From: Candidatus Culexmicrobium cathedralense
GTDB lineage: Archaea; Thermoproteota; Methanomethylicia; Culexarchaeales; Culexmicrobiaceae
Reading direction: 5' to 3'
NCBI GenBank assembly: GCA_025061115.1
Contig: JANZKC010000002.1
Location: 96,001-160,000, forward strand
Length of the DNA: 64,000 nt
Shown here one piece after another: positions 19,741-29,847 of this stretch. Below the pieces are notes generated by a model. The model was not told the DNA's origin. It did not search any database and saw nothing but the letters and a program-made list of their open reading frames with translations. Both the position numbers and the translations under genes were made by a program. Positions within the stretch are counted from its first letter, which is position 1. Each line of letters begins with the position of its first letter.

Positions 19741-20184
19741 CTAAATTATGTGGTGAACCTTAAAACCCAACTCTTCAAGAGCTTTAGCTATAAATCTTCT
19801 ATGACAATGCCTAGGTTTCCTCTCCAAGCAAAGAATACACACAACCTCCCTTTTCGAAAGCTCGATAAGCCTGTTAATCCCCTCCTTAAATTCAGTTGAA
19901 TTAAGGTACTTCTCATACCCACCACTCCTAAAACCTCCAAGCTTATCTCCAAGCCAAAGATACTTAATGCCATTCCCCTCCAAGTGAACCTTCAATTTTT
20001 CACGATTAAAATCCTCAACCTTCGAGGTTGGGAAGCGCCGAACATCAACAACTAATGTGACTCCATGATCCTTCAGGAGAGAAATAAGCTTGCCAATGCT
20101 CCTTCCACCATAACCTATGGTGTAAAAATCAGGGTTAAACGAGAAAAGCTCATTCAACTTCGTCACTGAAACTCCCAGCCTCAC
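19741..20184 (-). CDS. DUF488 family protein
   Basis: YTIGYG, VDVRRFP, LGGFR and LCLE...CHRRFI motifs. Confidence 0.9.
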   Translation of the reverse strand: MRLGVSVTKLNELFSFNPDFYTIGYGGRSIGKLISLLKDHGVTLVVDVRRFPTSKVEDFNREKLKVHLEGNGIKYLWLGDKLGGFRSGGYEKYLNSTEFKEGINRLIELSKREVVCILCLERKPRHCHRRFIAKALEELGFKVHHII

Positions 20185-20524
20185 TCCTGCTAACTTTAAT
20201 TGTAGAGCCAGTTACGATAACGGTAACTTGCTCTCCAACTTCAGGTTTAGGGTCAAGTGCATCCCACTCATCCTCGGTCAGCCATAAAGTTAGCCTAGGA
20301 ACGGTGAGGCTGCTCGGAGGCTTAAAGGGCATAGCCTGAATAACCTGCTTAACGATAGGCAAAACCTCACGTGCAATTTCAGAGTCCTTTGAAGAGTAGA
20401 ACACTGGAGGCGGAAGCTCCCTCTCCTCAACAAGCTCAATCTTAATCAACTTACCTCCCTGAACATCCCTAACGATGCTTTTGCCAGCAACCAACGCTTT
20501 AAACTTGATCTCCATGCAATACAC
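20150..20524 (-). CDS. Arcadin-1
   Basis: KIELVEERELPPP...REVLPIVKQVIQAMPF...VPRLTLWLTEDE...VGE matches, from memory, Pyrobaculum arcadin-1 (KIDVVEEKELPGP...VPRITLWLTEEE). Confidence 0.8.
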   Translation of the reverse strand: MYCMEIKFKALVAGKSIVRDVQGGKLIKIELVEERELPPPVFYSSKDSEIAREVLPIVKQVIQAMPFKPPSSLTVPRLTLWLTEDEWDALDPKPEVGEQVTVIVTGSTIKVSRSEAGSFSDEVE

Positions 20525-20618
20525 CTCAAACTACCATTAATGTTCACGCATATAAATGTGAACTCGCCGGCATGAAAGCCTTAAAAAGCTGAAACATAAT
20601 TTTGATTGGTGAAACTCC

Positions 20619-21302
20619 ATGAGCAACAATAGAGCCATAGCCATCATTGGAGGAACGGGAGATCAAGGATTCGGCCTAGCCTTAAGGTGGGCAAAGGCAG
20701 GAGAACACATAATAATTGGAAGTAGAAGGAAGGAGAAGGCTGAAGCAGCAGCTGCAAGACTAAGGGAAATTCTAGGAGAAACCGTTAAAGTTGAAGGGCT
20801 TGAGAATTCAGATGCAGCAGCTAAGGCAGACATCGTAGTATTAACAGTTCCATTCTTCGCTCAAGTAAACATAATAAAGTCGATCAGGAAAAGCTTAAAG
20901 AAGAACTGCATATTCATCGACGTAACGGTTCCACTCGCATCAGCAGCAATAGGTGGAGAACCCACCCAAACGCTAGGGGTATGGCAAGGCTCAGCAGCAG
21001 AGCTCTCCAAGCACCTACTGCCAAAAACAGTCAAGGTTGTAGGCGCATTCAAGGAGATAAGCGCTGAAGCACTTCAAGACATAAACTCGCCAGTTGACAG
21101 CGACACGATAATATGCAGCGACGATGAGGAAGCAAAAAAAGTCGTAATGGAACTAGCGGAAAAAATTCCTGGAGTAAGAGCTATTGACGGAGGAAAACTT
21201 GAAAATTCAAGAATCATCGAGCAATTAACTGCACTGTTAATAGGCATAAACATCAGATATAAAGTTCACAGAGCTGGAATAAGAATAACTGGAATAAAGT
21301 AA
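20619..21302 (+). CDS. npdG: NADPH-dependent F420 reductase (F420H2:NADP+ oxidoreductase)
   Basis: IIGGTGDQGFGLALRW, GSR, GSAAE and LIGINIRY motifs. Confidence 0.92.
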   Translation: MSNNRAIAIIGGTGDQGFGLALRWAKAGEHIIIGSRRKEKAEAAAARLREILGETVKVEGLENSDAAAKADIVVLTVPFFAQVNIIKSIRKSLKKNCIFIDVTVPLASAAIGGEPTQTLGVWQGSAAELSKHLLPKTVKVVGAFKEISAEALQDINSPVDSDTIICSDDEEAKKVVMELAEKIPGVRAIDGGKLENSRIIEQLTALLIGINIRYKVHRAGIRITGIK

Positions 21303-21316
21303 AAAAGGGAAGGTGG

Positions 21317-22693
21317 CTACGGACCAGTAGTTAAGATCTCCTCCTCAGGTGGAGGAGGTTTAATTAGACCTGCCTTCATTAGCGCTTCAAGCGACTTCCT
21401 AGCCTCACTAATTATTTTTACAGCCCGCTCCCAAAGCTCCTGCCGACTTGGCTTAATCCTGGCAACACCCTGCTCAATCGACTTCAAAGCGCATGCAACT
21501 GCCTCCCTCGGGTAAATCTCCCACTCATCCATTGTTGGGATAATGTACTCCTCATGAATACCCTTCTCCTCAGCAAACTTAGCTAGAGCTTCCGCAGCGG
21601 CAACGCACATCTCATCAGTAATTGTCCTAGCCCTAACGTCAAGCACACCCCTAAATATACCTGGAAAACCGAGAGAGTTGTTCACTTGATTTGGAAAGTC
21701 AGACCTGCCAGTGCCAACAATTTTGGCTCCAGCTTCCTTAGCTTCCCAAGGCCAAATCTCCGGAATTGGATTTGCACATGCAAACACTATCGCGTCGTCA
21801 GCCATCTTACTAATCCACTCAGGCTTAATTACGCCTGGGCCAGGCCTCGACATTGCAATACATACGTCAGCGCCTTCAAGCGCCTCAGGAATGCCGCCAG
21901 TCTTACCCTCAGCATTCCCCTTCACAGCCCACTTCCACTTCCACGGATTCTTCTCCCTTTCAAGTATGTCCTTTCTATTCGTGCTCAGTATTCCCTTACT
22001 ATCAACCATAATTATGTTTCCTGGCTTAGCGCCAGCAAGCTCAAGCACGTCAGCGCACTTAATGTTAGCTGCACCAGCACCTATCATTGCAATTTTGACT
22101 TCACTCAGCTTCTTACCTACAATTTTAAGTGCATTCAAAACTCCAGCTAAAACGACAGTTGCAGTTCCCTGCTGATCATCGTGCCATACAGGTATATTTA
22201 ACTCCTCTCTAGCCTTCTCTAAAATGTAGAAGCACTTAGGCTTAGCAATGTCCTCTAAATTAATACCTCCAAAAGTAGGCTCAATCCACTTCAAAAACGT
22301 AATTATCTCATCAGGATCAGTAGTTCTAATGCATAGTGGAAAAGCATCAACGCCGCCAAGATACTTGAAAAGCAGCGCTTTACCCTCCATAACTGGCATG
22401 GCGGCCTCCGGGCCTATATTGCCTAAACCTAAAACTCTAGTTCCATCACTAACAACAGCAACATAATTCCACCTGCTAGTGTATTCGAAGGAAAGCGTGT
22501 CAGGATCCTTCTGAATCAACTTGCATGGAGTAGCTACTCCAGGCGTGTACCATATTGAAAAGTCATTGAACGAAGTTACAGCACACCTAGGCATTACTTG
22601 CATCTTACCCTCATAGAACTTATGATATGCAGGCGCCAACTTCGACGGCTTTTCAGCTTTCTTCAAAAGCTCTTCAACAGTCATTTTTTTCAC
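21317..22693 (-). CDS. NAD(P)-dependent malic enzyme
   Basis: YTPGVA, VMEGKALLFK, INLEDI, HDDQQGTA, GAGAA and GRSDFPNQVNN motifs. Confidence 0.95.
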   Translation of the reverse strand: MKKMTVEELLKKAEKPSKLAPAYHKFYEGKMQVMPRCAVTSFNDFSIWYTPGVATPCKLIQKDPDTLSFEYTSRWNYVAVVSDGTRVLGLGNIGPEAAMPVMEGKALLFKYLGGVDAFPLCIRTTDPDEIITFLKWIEPTFGGINLEDIAKPKCFYILEKAREELNIPVWHDDQQGTATVVLAGVLNALKIVGKKLSEVKIAMIGAGAANIKCADVLELAGAKPGNIIMVDSKGILSTNRKDILEREKNPWKWKWAVKGNAEGKTGGIPEALEGADVCIAMSRPGPGVIKPEWISKMADDAIVFACANPIPEIWPWEAKEAGAKIVGTGRSDFPNQVNNSLGFPGIFRGVLDVRARTITDEMCVAAAEALAKFAEEKGIHEEYIIPTMDEWEIYPREAVACALKSIEQGVARIKPSRQELWERAVKIISEARKSLEALMKAGLIKPPPPEEEILTTGP

Positions 22694-22810
22694 GCAAATC
22701 ACCTCGACATACTTTTCATATGTAAAGCTTTAAGCTTTTCCACAAATCTGAATGGACAAAATTTAAAGTTAGCACCAAAATAGTATTCACGTAACTATGA
22801 GGGGTGAAAA

Positions 22811-23632
22811 TTGAAGATAGGAGCAATGAACAACCCATATCAAGACCTAATTTCAGAGATAAAGTTCATAGGCAACGCGAAATTCGACTACATAGACTTA
22901 ACAGCGGAAAAGCCAGAAGCGTCCCCAAGCATAATCGCGGAAAAAAGAAGGGAGATCATTGACACGCTAAGCACCTATAACCTCGAAGTAGTAGGCCACA
23001 CCCCATGGTACCTAGAGCTGGGCCACCCATACGAAAGCGTTAGAAAGGCATTTCTAAAGGAAGCCCTCAAAATAATTGACATTCTAGGCTCAATAGAAAT
23101 CACCAAAACAACAATCCATCCAATTCCAGCAATGCTAGGAGTATATAAAGTTCGAAAGTACAGGAGGAAAATGCTGAACTGGATGATAGAATCGATAAGG
23201 GAAATATCTGGTAGAGCAGAGGACTACGGCATGATAATAGTGATAGAAAACCTTGACGGAGGAAAAATACTCACACTAGAAGATTACGACGAAATCATTG
23301 CAAAGGCAAACTGCTACTTCCACCTAGACGTAGGCCACGCCAACCTAAATTTGCCAAGAAATACTTCAACAGAATTCATAAATCACTTTGGAGCAAAGGG
23401 AATGCTAAAGCACGTGCACGTATCGGATAATGTTGGAGGCACCATGAAGGGAGGATGGGACCTCCACCTCCCAATAGGTGCAGGCAAAATAAACTTCAAG
23501 GAAATATTCAAAGCGCTTAAGAAAGTCAAATATGATGACACGATAACAGTGGAGGTATTTTCAGCAGATAGAGACTACTTATTAATGAGTAAGGAAAAAG
23601 TCAAAAAGCTCTGGGAAGAGGTAACTATATAG
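22811..23632 (+). CDS. Sugar phosphate isomerase/epimerase (xylose isomerase-like TIM barrel)
   Basis: IEN, LDVGHAN, HVHVSDN, DLHLPIGAG and TVEVF motifs. Confidence 0.85.
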   Translation: MKIGAMNNPYQDLISEIKFIGNAKFDYIDLTAEKPEASPSIIAEKRREIIDTLSTYNLEVVGHTPWYLELGHPYESVRKAFLKEALKIIDILGSIEITKTTIHPIPAMLGVYKVRKYRRKMLNWMIESIREISGRAEDYGMIIVIENLDGGKILTLEDYDEIIAKANCYFHLDVGHANLNLPRNTSTEFINHFGAKGMLKHVHVSDNVGGTMKGGWDLHLPIGAGKINFKEIFKALKKVKYDDTITVEVFSADRDYLLMSKEKVKKLWEEVTI

Positions 23633-23681
23633 GAAGGATCTATGATTCAAATTTAATCAAAATTAAAGTGGAGCTGAAAAC

Positions 23682-24104
23682 ATGAGCGAAAATGAAGATC
23701 TCGAAGTCAAAAAACTAATAGATAAAATGCTTAAAGAGCTGATTTCAAAAAGAGCTAAAGCGAAAACGTCACTCGAAAAGGCTATGATGTGTTTAACAGA
23801 TGAAAACTTCGAAAAAGCCTTAAAGGAAAACGACGTAATCGTAGTGGACTTCTGGGCGGAATGGTGCATGCCATGCAGATTCTATGAGCCAATATTCGAA
23901 AAAGTAGCCAGAAAATTCGGTGGAAAAGCAATTTTCGCTAGGCTAAACGTGGATGAAAGCCCATTAACTGCAGGCCGCCTAGGAATTTCCGCCATTCCAA
24001 CGACGATAATATTCGTTAAGGGAAAACCAGTTAAAAGAATTGTAGGATTGGTGGATGAGCAAATGTTAACGAAAGCAGTTAAAGACGTGCTGGGCAACCT
24101 ATAG
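23682..24104 (+). CDS. trxA: Thioredoxin
   Basis: VDFWAEWCMPC and SAIPT motifs. Confidence 0.9.
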   Translation: MSENEDLEVKKLIDKMLKELISKRAKAKTSLEKAMMCLTDENFEKALKENDVIVVDFWAEWCMPCRFYEPIFEKVARKFGGKAIFARLNVDESPLTAGRLGISAIPTTIIFVKGKPVKRIVGLVDEQMLTKAVKDVLGNL

Positions 24105-24155
24105 AAAGCAAAACTAATATTTCAATTTTTGAAACATTTAATTGGTGAAACATAG

Positions 24156-25592
24156 GTGTCGGCAGAGGATATTAGGCTAATAGAATCCATACTCTCATTT
24201 AAACCCACACGCATCATGATCAACCACCTCGTTAAGAACTGCAGCAAAGATGGAGATAGCAGAGTAGAAGTCGCACTGGAACTGTATTCAGGCAATAGAA
24301 GGTCGGCTTGCTTCACCTGCCAACACATAGTATTGCCAATTGTAAGGAGAATCATGAAGAAGGGGTCACAGGTCTTCCAAGCAAGTGAAGAAAAATTGAA
24401 GGAGCTGTTCGGTCAACCTCACTGGAGAAAAGGATTTACAAGCATGCTAAAAGGAATGGCGAAATTCGGAGTGAAAAAACCATTCACTCCGGGAGCTCCA
24501 CTTCTAGTTGTTTGGGACTTCACCTACAAGTGTAACTTGAAATGCAAGCACTGCTACAGCTCATCGGGAAAACCCAAGACGAGTGAAATGACGACGGAGG
24601 AAGCGCTCGAAACCGTCAAGAAACTCGCAGAAGCTGATGTTTCGGTAGTAGCGTTTTCAGGCGGAGAGCCGCTAATTAGGAAAGACTTCTTCCAAGTAGC
24701 AAAGGCAGCTCACGACTATGGTATGTACGTTGCAATAGCCACAAATGCAACTCTAATAACCAGAGAAGTAGCAAGGAGACTGAAGGAAAGTGGAGTAAGC
24801 TACGCTCAAATAAGCCTAGACGGAGCAACGGCAAAAACCCACGACTCATTTAGAGGAGTTTCGGGAGCATTCGATCAAACAATAAAGGGAATTGAAAACT
24901 GCATCGAGGAAGGACTCTTCGTCGAAGTTGCAACGACAATTACAAAGCACAACTACAAAGAATTACGGGAAATCATAGAACTATGCAGAAAAATGAAAGT
25001 TCCATGGCTAATGATATACAACTTCGTTCCAACAGGAAGAGGCAAAGAAATAATAGAACTTGATTTAACGCCAAGCGAAAGGGAGAAAGTTCTCAGAGAA
25101 CTAGTAACGTTAACTTACATGCAAAGCGAATTAACGTTCCTATCAACAGCACCCCAATATGCTAGAGTTTCACTTCAAATCGCCGAGGAAGCAAAAGGCG
25201 GAAAATTGATAATGCCAACCCACTTCTGCAACCTTCCAGCCACAAGCGAAGTAATGAGGATAGCAGACTTCATAGGCGGCTGCGGCGCTGGAAGAATGTA
25301 CTGCAGCCTAAAGCCAGATGGATCCATTCAGCCCTGCGTCTTCCTCCCAATAAAGGTAGGAAACATACTGAAAGACGACTTCGAAGAACTGTGGGAAAAT
25401 AATAAAGTATTTAATGACTTAAGAGACAGAGAAAAACTGAAAGGCACGTGCAGAAACTGCGACTATAAGTACGTATGTGGAGGGTGCAGAGCAAGAGCAT
25501 ACGCATACTTCGGAGATTATCTCGCTCCAGATCCCGGCTGCATACTCAACGAGCAATATTGGAGGGAAGCCATTGGAAATAAATATAATTGA
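24156..25592 (+). CDS. Radical SAM/SPASM domain protein
   Basis: CNLKCKHC, FSGGEP, GCGAGR...PC and CRNC...CGGCRA motifs. Confidence 0.92.
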   Translation: MSAEDIRLIESILSFKPTRIMINHLVKNCSKDGDSRVEVALELYSGNRRSACFTCQHIVLPIVRRIMKKGSQVFQASEEKLKELFGQPHWRKGFTSMLKGMAKFGVKKPFTPGAPLLVVWDFTYKCNLKCKHCYSSSGKPKTSEMTTEEALETVKKLAEADVSVVAFSGGEPLIRKDFFQVAKAAHDYGMYVAIATNATLITREVARRLKESGVSYAQISLDGATAKTHDSFRGVSGAFDQTIKGIENCIEEGLFVEVATTITKHNYKELREIIELCRKMKVPWLMIYNFVPTGRGKEIIELDLTPSEREKVLRELVTLTYMQSELTFLSTAPQYARVSLQIAEEAKGGKLIMPTHFCNLPATSEVMRIADFIGGCGAGRMYCSLKPDGSIQPCVFLPIKVGNILKDDFEELWENNKVFNDLRDREKLKGTCRNCDYKYVCGGCRARAYAYFGDYLAPDPGCILNEQYWREAIGNKYN

Positions 25593-25908
25593 GGAAGTAG
25601 CAAGGGGATTATTCGTTGCAGTAGTTCTTTGGCTGCTCTCGAAGAAGCCCATGTATGGATATGAAATCATGAAAAACTTGGCGGAAATTTCAGATAAAAA
25701 AGTAGGGCCAAGCGTAGTCTACACCCTCCTATACAGGCTTGAAGAAGCCGAACTCATAAAGGGATTCTGGAGAAAAGTCAGCAAGAGAAGGAGAGTAAGA
25801 TACTACACCATTACAAGCAAGGGGCAGGACGTTCTAGATAAGCTCAAGAAAACCCTCAAGAATAAATTTGGAGAATTCATTGAAGAACTACTTGAAGAAA
25901 GCAGCTAA
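25573..25908 (+). CDS. PadR family transcriptional regulator
   Basis: PMYGYEIM, VYTLLYRLE and RYYTITSKG motifs; TTG start after GGAGG. Confidence 0.9.
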   Translation: MEINIIEEVARGLFVAVVLWLLSKKPMYGYEIMKNLAEISDKKVGPSVVYTLLYRLEEAELIKGFWRKVSKRRRVRYYTITSKGQDVLDKLKKTLKNKFGEFIEELLEESS

Positions 25909-25944
25909 CCAATTTAAGCATAAATCAACCTCAATTATTATCAG

Positions 25945-26439
25945 GTGACTAAAATGAAGCTAGAAGTGGTGAATCTAAAAGTACCTGAGGGATGCAACAT
26001 AATTCTAGGGCAATCACACTTCATAAAGACTGTGGAAGACCTATATGAGGCAATGGTAAACTCAACTCCAAACGTCAAATTTGGAATAGCATTCTGTGAA
26101 TCATCAGGGCCCTGCCTAATCAGGCACGACGGAAACGACGAGGAATTGAGGAAAATAGCTATTGAAAATGCCCAAAAGCTCTCGGCAGGCCACTGCTTCA
26201 TAATAGTAATGAAAGATGCGTACCCAATAAACGTGCTAGACAGAATTAAAGCTACGCCAGAAGTAGTAGGAATATACTGCGCAACTGGAAATCAAGTTCA
26301 AGTAATAATAGCCGAAACGGAGCAGGGAAGAGCAATACTAGGAGTAGTCGATGGAATGAAGAGCAAGGGAGTGGAAGGAGAGGAGGAAATTAAGGAGAGA
26401 GTGAAATTTCTAAGGAAAATAGGGTACAAGAGAGGCTAA
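25945..26439 (+). CDS. Adenosine-specific kinase family (DUF355) protein
   Basis: [26 protein letters not shown] and [10 protein letters not shown] motifs. Confidence 0.9.
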   Translation: MTKMKLEVVNLKVPEGCNIILGQSHFIKTVEDLYEAMVNSTPNVKFGIAFCESSGPCLIRHDGNDEELRKIAIENAQKLSAGHCFIIVMKDAYPINVLDRIKATPEVVGIYCATGNQVQVIIAETEQGRAILGVVDGMKSKGVEGEEEIKERVKFLRKIGYKRG

Positions 26440-26939
26440 CCACCTGAACTGCAAATCTCCTTCAATGCCTTTTTCAACTCAATATAAGTCTCCCTTAAAT
26501 GCTGAGAAATAACCTTGGTTTCAGCTAAAACAGGCATGAAATTGGTATCTCCAAACCACCTTGGAACAACGTGCACGTGCAAGTGCTCAGCACCAGCTCC
26601 AGCAGCTCTACCCACATTTAACCCCAAATTAAAACCATCAGGATTGAAAGCCCGCTTCAAAGCCTTAATGCACAGGTTAATCAACTTAAACATTTCACCA
26701 GCCTCACTCAAAGTCAAATCCTCAGGATAAACCACATGCCTATAAGGTGCAACCATTAAATGCCCATTATTGTAGGGGAAGGCATTCAAAATAACGTAGG
26801 CATTCTCCCCCCTCAAAAGGATGTACAGCTCCTCATCCCTATTCAATTTAGGATATTCGCATAGGAAGCATTCAGCCTCATCCTTATGAGATCTAATATA
26901 AGTCATGCGCCAAGGAGCCCAAAGCTGCTTCAACAACAT
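26436..26939 (-). CDS. HIT family hydrolase (Ap4A phosphorylase-like)
   Basis: [20 protein letters not shown] and [10 protein letters not shown] motifs. Confidence 0.93.
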   Translation of the reverse strand: MLLKQLWAPWRMTYIRSHKDEAECFLCEYPKLNRDEELYILLRGENAYVILNAFPYNNGHLMVAPYRHVVYPEDLTLSEAGEMFKLINLCIKALKRAFNPDGFNLGLNVGRAAGAGAEHLHVHVVPRWFGDTNFMPVLAETKVISQHLRETYIELKKALKEICSSGG

Positions 26940-27045
26940 CCCCTCAAACCTAACCGCAACCAACATTAATCTACTTTCACAAATATAGGTGGAAAATCCA
27001 ATATATCACTTAGCACTAAACGTCACCAAAACCCGAGGTGAAAAC

Positions 27046-27822
27046 ATGGTCGTAGTATCTCCAACGCTCATCCAAGCTCACCTAGACACGAGGAAAGCCA
27101 GGAGAGTTTTCAACTTACTTGAAAGAAGCAGCGAAATACAAACGTACCTGAAAATGGCCAATATAATGGCCGTCACAAGACTTAAATACAATGACCACGG
27201 CCCAGTGCACTCAAGAATAACCGCTGGAAGCGCCCTCGAAATGCTAAAAATAATTTCAGACAACATTCAACCCACATCAATTAGAGATCACGGGCTAAGC
27301 TATGAAGACGCCAAAATAATAACCCTATGTGGAGCCTACCTACATGACATTGGAAACGCAATTCACAGAAAAGGACACAACCTCCACGGATGCTACATAG
27401 TAAACTCGATTCTAGAGAACCTACTCTCAAAAGTGTACAGTTCAAGGGAAACATTACTTAAAGTTAAATGCGAAATTCTACACTGCATATACGCCCACGA
27501 TGAAGACATCCAGTGCCTAAGCATAGAAGCAGGAATAGTTAAAGTTGCAGATGGAACCGACATGGCTGAAGGAAGAGCAAGAGTACCATACGACCTAGGT
27601 AAAGTTGACATGCACTCCCTATCAGCATTAGCAATCAGAAGAGTAGAGATAGTTAGAGGAAGTGAAAGGCCGATAAGGCTAATAGTCCACATGGACAATC
27701 CAGCAGGAATATTTCAAATAGACCACGTCCTTAGGAGGAAAATAGAAACTTCAGGCATTAAAGACCAAATCGAAGTTATAGCAATAGAAAATGGTAGGGA
27801 GCTAAAGGTCTTCAGAGGCTAA
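27046..27822 (+). CDS. HD-domain phosphohydrolase
   Basis: YNDHGPVH, YLHDIGN and VADGTDM motifs. Confidence 0.9.
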   Translation: MVVVSPTLIQAHLDTRKARRVFNLLERSSEIQTYLKMANIMAVTRLKYNDHGPVHSRITAGSALEMLKIISDNIQPTSIRDHGLSYEDAKIITLCGAYLHDIGNAIHRKGHNLHGCYIVNSILENLLSKVYSSRETLLKVKCEILHCIYAHDEDIQCLSIEAGIVKVADGTDMAEGRARVPYDLGKVDMHSLSALAIRRVEIVRGSERPIRLIVHMDNPAGIFQIDHVLRRKIETSGIKDQIEVIAIENGRELKVFRG

Positions 27823-28011
27823 CTACCACTTCTTGATCAAGCCCAGCACCGAAGCAAACATCAAGGCAGCTCCAACAATGAAGAAAGCCATTTGAGAGCG
27901 CTCCGGAACGTAAATTGAGAGGATGAAGGTTATCCAGCCGGCGCCGAAAATCAGTAGCCAATAATTTAGTCCAGCCCCAGCCTGCCTCTCCTCAACTTCA
28001 GATTCAGCCAT
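27823..28011 (-). CDS. Small two-TM membrane protein
   Basis: 62 aa with two hydrophobic helices, starting 5 nt downstream of the SPFH gene. Confidence 0.65.
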   Translation of the reverse strand: MAESEVEERQAGAGLNYWLLIFGAGWITFILSIYVPERSQMAFFIVGAALMFASVLGLIKKW

Positions 28012-28016
28012 GCCAG

Positions 28017-28934
28017 CTACTCACTCTCCTCCTCTTCAACCCTCACTCCAAGAAACTTCCTAATTGGAGCCAGCAGCTCAATGAACTCCATTGGAAATAT
28101 GAACTTCGTAGCTGGACTCTGCCCGATCGCCTTCAAAGCCTCCAAGTACTGTAGAGCCATGGTTTTCGAGTCAATCTTGCTCGCAGCCTTATATATGGTT
28201 TCAAGAGCCTGAGCATAGCCCTCAGCCCTCAAGATGGCAGCCCTCCTCTCGCCCTCGGCCTTCAATATTGCCGCCTGCCTCTCACCCTCAGCAACCCTAA
28301 TGGAAGACTCACGCTTACCCTCAGCCTCCAAAATCATAGCTCTCTTAGTCCTCTCAGCAGCCATCTGCTTAATCATAGCATCCTGAACATCCCTAGGCGG
28401 AGTGATCTCCCTAATCTCAACAGAAGTAACCTTTACACCCCAACGCTCAGTGACCTCATCAAGCTTAACCCTCAAAATGTTATTTATATCCTCCCTCTTA
28501 GCAAGCACGTCGTCAAGCAGAATGTCGCCGACGACGGCTCTCAAAGTAGTTGTTGCAATTCCAACAGCTGCACCCTCAAAGTTCTGAACTTGAAGAACAC
28601 ACCTAATCGGATCAACCACTTTATAGTATATTAGGAAGTCGATGTCAACCGGAGCATTATCCTTAGTTATGCAAGTTTGGTGTGGAACTTCCAGGAAACG
28701 CTCCCTCAAATCAATCTTCACTGGACGGTCGATGAAGGGAACAATGAACACTATGCCAGGCCCCTTAGCTCCAATGCACCTTCCAAGCCTAAACACCACA
28801 ACGCGCTCGTACTCCCTCACCACCCTAATTGCGGAAGCAATGAAGGCAATTACGACCAGTATAACGAACAGCCAGAAAATCAATGAAGCAAGCTCAGCAA
28901 CGATAGGCTGCTGAAATATGAACATGCATGACAC
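28017..28934 (-). CDS. SPFH/stomatin (band 7) protein
   Basis: VREYERVVVFRLGR, ITKDN, WGVKVTSVEI and QMAAER motifs. Confidence 0.95.
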   Translation of the reverse strand: MSCMFIFQQPIVAELASLIFWLFVILVVIAFIASAIRVVREYERVVVFRLGRCIGAKGPGIVFIVPFIDRPVKIDLRERFLEVPHQTCITKDNAPVDIDFLIYYKVVDPIRCVLQVQNFEGAAVGIATTTLRAVVGDILLDDVLAKREDINNILRVKLDEVTERWGVKVTSVEIREITPPRDVQDAMIKQMAAERTKRAMILEAEGKRESSIRVAEGERQAAILKAEGERRAAILRAEGYAQALETIYKAASKIDSKTMALQYLEALKAIGQSPATKFIFPMEFIELLAPIRKFLGVRVEEEESE

Positions 28935-28991
28935 CTAAATATCAATTCGCTTAGCTCCTTAATAATTTTATATGCAGAAGAAGACATCCTA

Positions 28992-29837
28992 GTGGGGATA
29001 AGATTGTCAGAATTACTTATAGCCATCCTAGCGACCTTCGAAAGGTACATCAAACTAGACTTAAAGTACAAATTTCAATATGCAATAGACGCCATAATAA
29101 TTGCAAGCAACTTCATAGGATTTGGAATAATGGGATTCTTCATGGAAGCGAGAGGAGGAGTACTGCCAGAAGGATACACATTCGAAAAATTCATTCTGGT
29201 AGGAACATACCTCTGGACAATGCTAACCAAAATCTACGACGACTGCACAAAAGTCCTATCCGAAGAAGCAAGCAGAGGAGCCCTAACACTCCTAATTGGA
29301 AGCAACATAACCATACCAGTAATACTAGTTGGAAGAGCACTAGCATCAACAGTCAAGTACGGAGCACTAGCATCATTATTCGGAATACCAACACTCTACT
29401 TCATAGGAGCACTAAACTTAAAGGCAAGCGCCATTCCACTAGCAATCCTATGCTTTGCGTGCTCATGGATATTCATAATTGGACTATCAGCAGTAATAAC
29501 CGCAATCATCCTAATGTTCAAGAGAACAGGAATGCTAACCATATCATTAATGGAAGCACTAATGTTTGCAATTGGATTCTACTTCCCAATAGAGCTGCTG
29601 CCCCCACAACTATGGCCAATACTCGGAGCAATACCATTCACAATTGGATTGCAAATATTCAGAGACCTAATGATACTAGGAGAAGCCAGGCAAGTAGTAA
29701 ATGGAATTTACAGCAGCCTTCAAATGGGAATTACGAAGATGGTTTTAGGGTCAATAATATTTGCAGCAATTACATTTACAATAATGAACGTAATTTCAAA
29801 GCTAGCCCAAAAGTGGGGCACAATCGAGCAATACTAG
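28992..29837 (+). CDS. ABC-2 type exporter permease
   Basis: About 6 TM segments; EEASRGAL and GFYFPIELLP motifs; adjacent to ABC ATPase. Confidence 0.8.
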   Translation: MGIRLSELLIAILATFERYIKLDLKYKFQYAIDAIIIASNFIGFGIMGFFMEARGGVLPEGYTFEKFILVGTYLWTMLTKIYDDCTKVLSEEASRGALTLLIGSNITIPVILVGRALASTVKYGALASLFGIPTLYFIGALNLKASAIPLAILCFACSWIFIIGLSAVITAIILMFKRTGMLTISLMEALMFAIGFYFPIELLPPQLWPILGAIPFTIGLQIFRDLMILGEARQVVNGIYSSLQMGITKMVLGSIIFAAITFTIMNVISKLAQKWGTIEQY

Positions 29838-29847
29838 GAGGGAAAAA

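Noticed and set aside
24156-25592. RiPP biosynthetic cluster around the SPASM enzyme
   Set aside because: No precursor peptide, PqqD/RRE domain, peptidase or exporter is adjacent
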